Source of the DNA: an uncultured Gemmataceae bacterium
GTDB lineage: Bacteria; Planctomycetota; Planctomycetia; Gemmatales; Gemmataceae
Reading direction: 5' to 3'
NCBI GenBank assembly: GCA_963750165.1
Contig: CAVVPN010000004.1
Coordinates: forward strand, 736,001-800,000
DNA length: 64,000 nt
Positions 61,980 through 64,000 of the stretch are shown here, piece by piece (the stretch's first letter is position 1; every line of letters begins with the position of its first letter). A program made the translations under genes and the position numbers. Under the pieces are notes generated by a model. It was not told the origin of the DNA, did not search any database, and saw nothing but the letters and a program-made list of their open reading frames with translations.

Positions 61980-62726
61980 ATGGACCGATACCAAGGTAAA
62001 AAGGTGGTGATTATCGGCGGCACGAGCGGCATGGGACTCGCGACGGCGAAGATGCTCCTCGATGGGGGTGCGCGTGTTCTGGTGACGGGTCGCTCGAAGG
62101 CCAGCCTGGATTCGGCCCAGAAAGAGCTTGGAAAGGACGCCATCGTGGTTTCGAGCGACGCGCGTTCGTTGACGGAAATCGACGCCCTCGCCTCTCGGGT
62201 GAAGGCCGAGTTCGACACGTTCGATCTGCTCTTCGTCAACGCCGGGTTCAGCATCCGAGCGCCTCTTGAGAACATGACCGAGGCTGTCTACGACGAGATG
62301 TTCAACTTGAACGCCAAAGGGCCGCTTTTCGCGGTGCAGAAGCTCACGCCGTTAATAAACCGGGGAGGCTCTGTCGTCCTCACGACTTCGATCGCCAACG
62401 TCAAGGGAATGCCCGGCAACGCCGCATACGGAGCCGCCAAGGCTGCGCTGCGATCCTTCGCTCGGACGCTCGCCGCCGAGTTGCTTCCTCGCGAGATTCG
62501 TGTCAACGCGGTGACGCCCGGTCCCATCGACACGCCGATCTTGGACAAGATGTTCCCCGATAAAGACGCGGCCGCCCAGCTTAAGGAAAAGATGACCGCT
62601 CTGACCCCGATGAAGCGCTGGGGGACGGCGGCGGAAGTCGCGAAGGCCGTCCTCTTCCTCGCGTTCGACGCGACCTTCACGACCGGCGCGGAACTTCCGG
62701 TCGATGGGGGGTGGTCGCAACTGTGA
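61980..62726 (+). CDS. Short-chain dehydrogenase/reductase
   Basis: IGGTSGMG, VNAG, YGAAK, PGPIDT, VDGG. Confidence 0.93.
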   Translation: MDRYQGKKVVIIGGTSGMGLATAKMLLDGGARVLVTGRSKASLDSAQKELGKDAIVVSSDARSLTEIDALASRVKAEFDTFDLLFVNAGFSIRAPLENMTEAVYDEMFNLNAKGPLFAVQKLTPLINRGGSVVLTTSIANVKGMPGNAAYGAAKAALRSFARTLAAELLPREIRVNAVTPGPIDTPILDKMFPDKDAAAQLKEKMTALTPMKRWGTAAEVAKAVLFLAFDATFTTGAELPVDGGWSQL

Positions 62727-62780
62727 AGGCAGCGGCGGAGAAACAGCAGATCGAAACCATTCGCGCACGGCTCTCCCCGA

Positions 62781-62856
62781 TTTTCTTACCAAACGGTACG
62801 ATATCGTCTTGACATGCGGATTTCAACTGGGTACTATTTGAACCGTTCGGTTCAGA
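62781..62856 (+). promoter_or_regulatory. Third promoter with flanking palindromes
   Basis: TACCAAACGGTA, TTGACA-N17-TACTAT, TGAACCGTTCGGTTCA. Confidence 0.65.
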
Positions 62857-62961
62857 AATCCCCAAGCAGGGGCTGGCCTTGCTGAAGTGGTAACGGGTTT
62901 TCAGCAGGCAGGCTTGGTTCGCCCATGACTGTTTTTTCATCCCGTTAAGGAGGACCTTTCG

Positions 62962-63372
62962 ATGAACCGTTTCGTCACGTTGGCGTTGGTGAGCACAGTG
63001 GCACTGTCCGGGGCCTCACACGCCTTCGGACAAGAGAAAAAGCCCCGTGAAGCCGAGATCACCAAGCTGCTTCCGGGAAAGTGGGTCAGCAAGTTGAACA
63101 CGCCCACGGTCTCAGGCAAGCTTGATTTCGCATTCGTCAAGGACGGCACCTACACCCTGAAGGGGAAGATCAAAAAGGGGGACAAGGAGATCCCGATCGA
63201 CGAAGATGGTGCGTGGAAGGTGACTGAAAACCGTCTCGTTCTGACGCCCAAGAACCCACCTGACGGCAGCCCCAAGACGAAAGAGTTCACCATTGGTGAG
63301 ATCAGCGACACGACCTTCAAGATGAAGGACAAGCAGCAGATTGAATCGATCTGGACGAGAGTCAAGGAGTGA
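62962..63372 (+). CDS. Secreted small beta-barrel (lipocalin-like) protein
   Basis: AAGGAGG RBS; signal peptide; LLPGKW, F.KDGTY, GAWKV. Confidence 0.75.
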   Translation: MNRFVTLALVSTVALSGASHAFGQEKKPREAEITKLLPGKWVSKLNTPTVSGKLDFAFVKDGTYTLKGKIKKGDKEIPIDEDGAWKVTENRLVLTPKNPPDGSPKTKEFTIGEISDTTFKMKDKQQIESIWTRVKE

Positions 63373-63714
63373 CGTGATCGACCTCGGGCCTCTTTCCCGG
63401 CGAATGCGTACGTTCGTGGTCGCGGCGTACGCATTCGTTTGATCAGGCTGGCCGCCAATCTGCCGCATCTATTGAATCATCATCTTCTTGGTATTGGGGC
63501 GGCGAGTTAGGACTCGCCCCGCCGGTGCATTTATCGTCGCTTGCGGGATCGCACCGGCCAACTCTCCCGCATAAGGCAATTTGCGCAATCCGCTCCGGTC
63601 CGACACGCCGAAGCAGTTTCGGACCGAAGCGTACAAGGCTACATTTCGCGACGGCGCAACCATTGGTGTGACACTTTCGCTTTACAATTCCTGGTTACGG
63701 CAATAAAGGTTTCC

Positions 63715-63897
63715 ATGATGAAGGACGATCCCACCATTCAAGCAGTGCGCAAAGCGCGGCACCGGATTTCGGAAAGGGTCGGGCACGACCCGCGGAAACT
63801 GGTGGAGCACTACCGCAAACTCCAGGAGCGTCATTGCGACCGCCTCCTCGCGCCAGCCACCCCGCGGTCGAACACGGAAGGCGAGAACGCCGCTTGA
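63715..63897 (+). CDS. Small hypothetical protein
   Basis: DPTIQAVRKARHRIS..GHDP..LVEHY. Confidence 0.55.
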   Translation: MMKDDPTIQAVRKARHRISERVGHDPRKLVEHYRKLQERHCDRLLAPATPRSNTEGENAA

Positions 63898-64000
63898 CCA
63901 CGACGTTGGCGACTGCAGGAAACCCCAGGAACTGGGCGCCCGACACCTTTCCTAGCAGCAGTCCCGACCCGTTTTTGGTCATGTCCGCGGACTTTTCTGA

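Overview
GC-rich bacterial chromosome segment, most likely a Planctomycete (Gemmataceae-like). This is inferred from DUF4058, secreted WD40/TPR/LCCL proteins, a Zn-ribbon-bearing ValRS and many palindromic intergenic repeats. Housekeeping blocks (valS, rlmI, dtd, two APC permeases, fabH, glcDEF, TetR/SDR) flank a large accessory region at about 13.9-35 kb. The main candidate system is five co-oriented genes: a small membrane protein (14769), a 1219-aa tubulin/FtsZ-like GTPase (15258), a Zn-ribbon/Ig-like/Hsp70-type ATPase (21627), a GrpE-like protein (31870) and a Zn-ribbon/Ig-like protein with an apparently degenerate Hsp70 domain (33074). Two cargo blocks split this set. They carry LCCL, DUF4058, a TIR/NDT-like plus Mrr-like nuclease pair hit by a 110-bp MITE, TA modules, WD40 and a canonical attC site. 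Other points: two tandem secreted Gly/Met-rich low-complexity paralogs with the same frame break, a sterol-desaturase-WD40 fusion, nested REP/MITE repeats and three similarly built promoters around tetR. About a dozen frameshifts at GC-dinucleotide or homopolymer runs, many in conserved genes, most likely reflect assembly indel errors. No rRNA, tRNA or CRISPR array was seen. All family calls come from motif recognition by eye, not from database searches.
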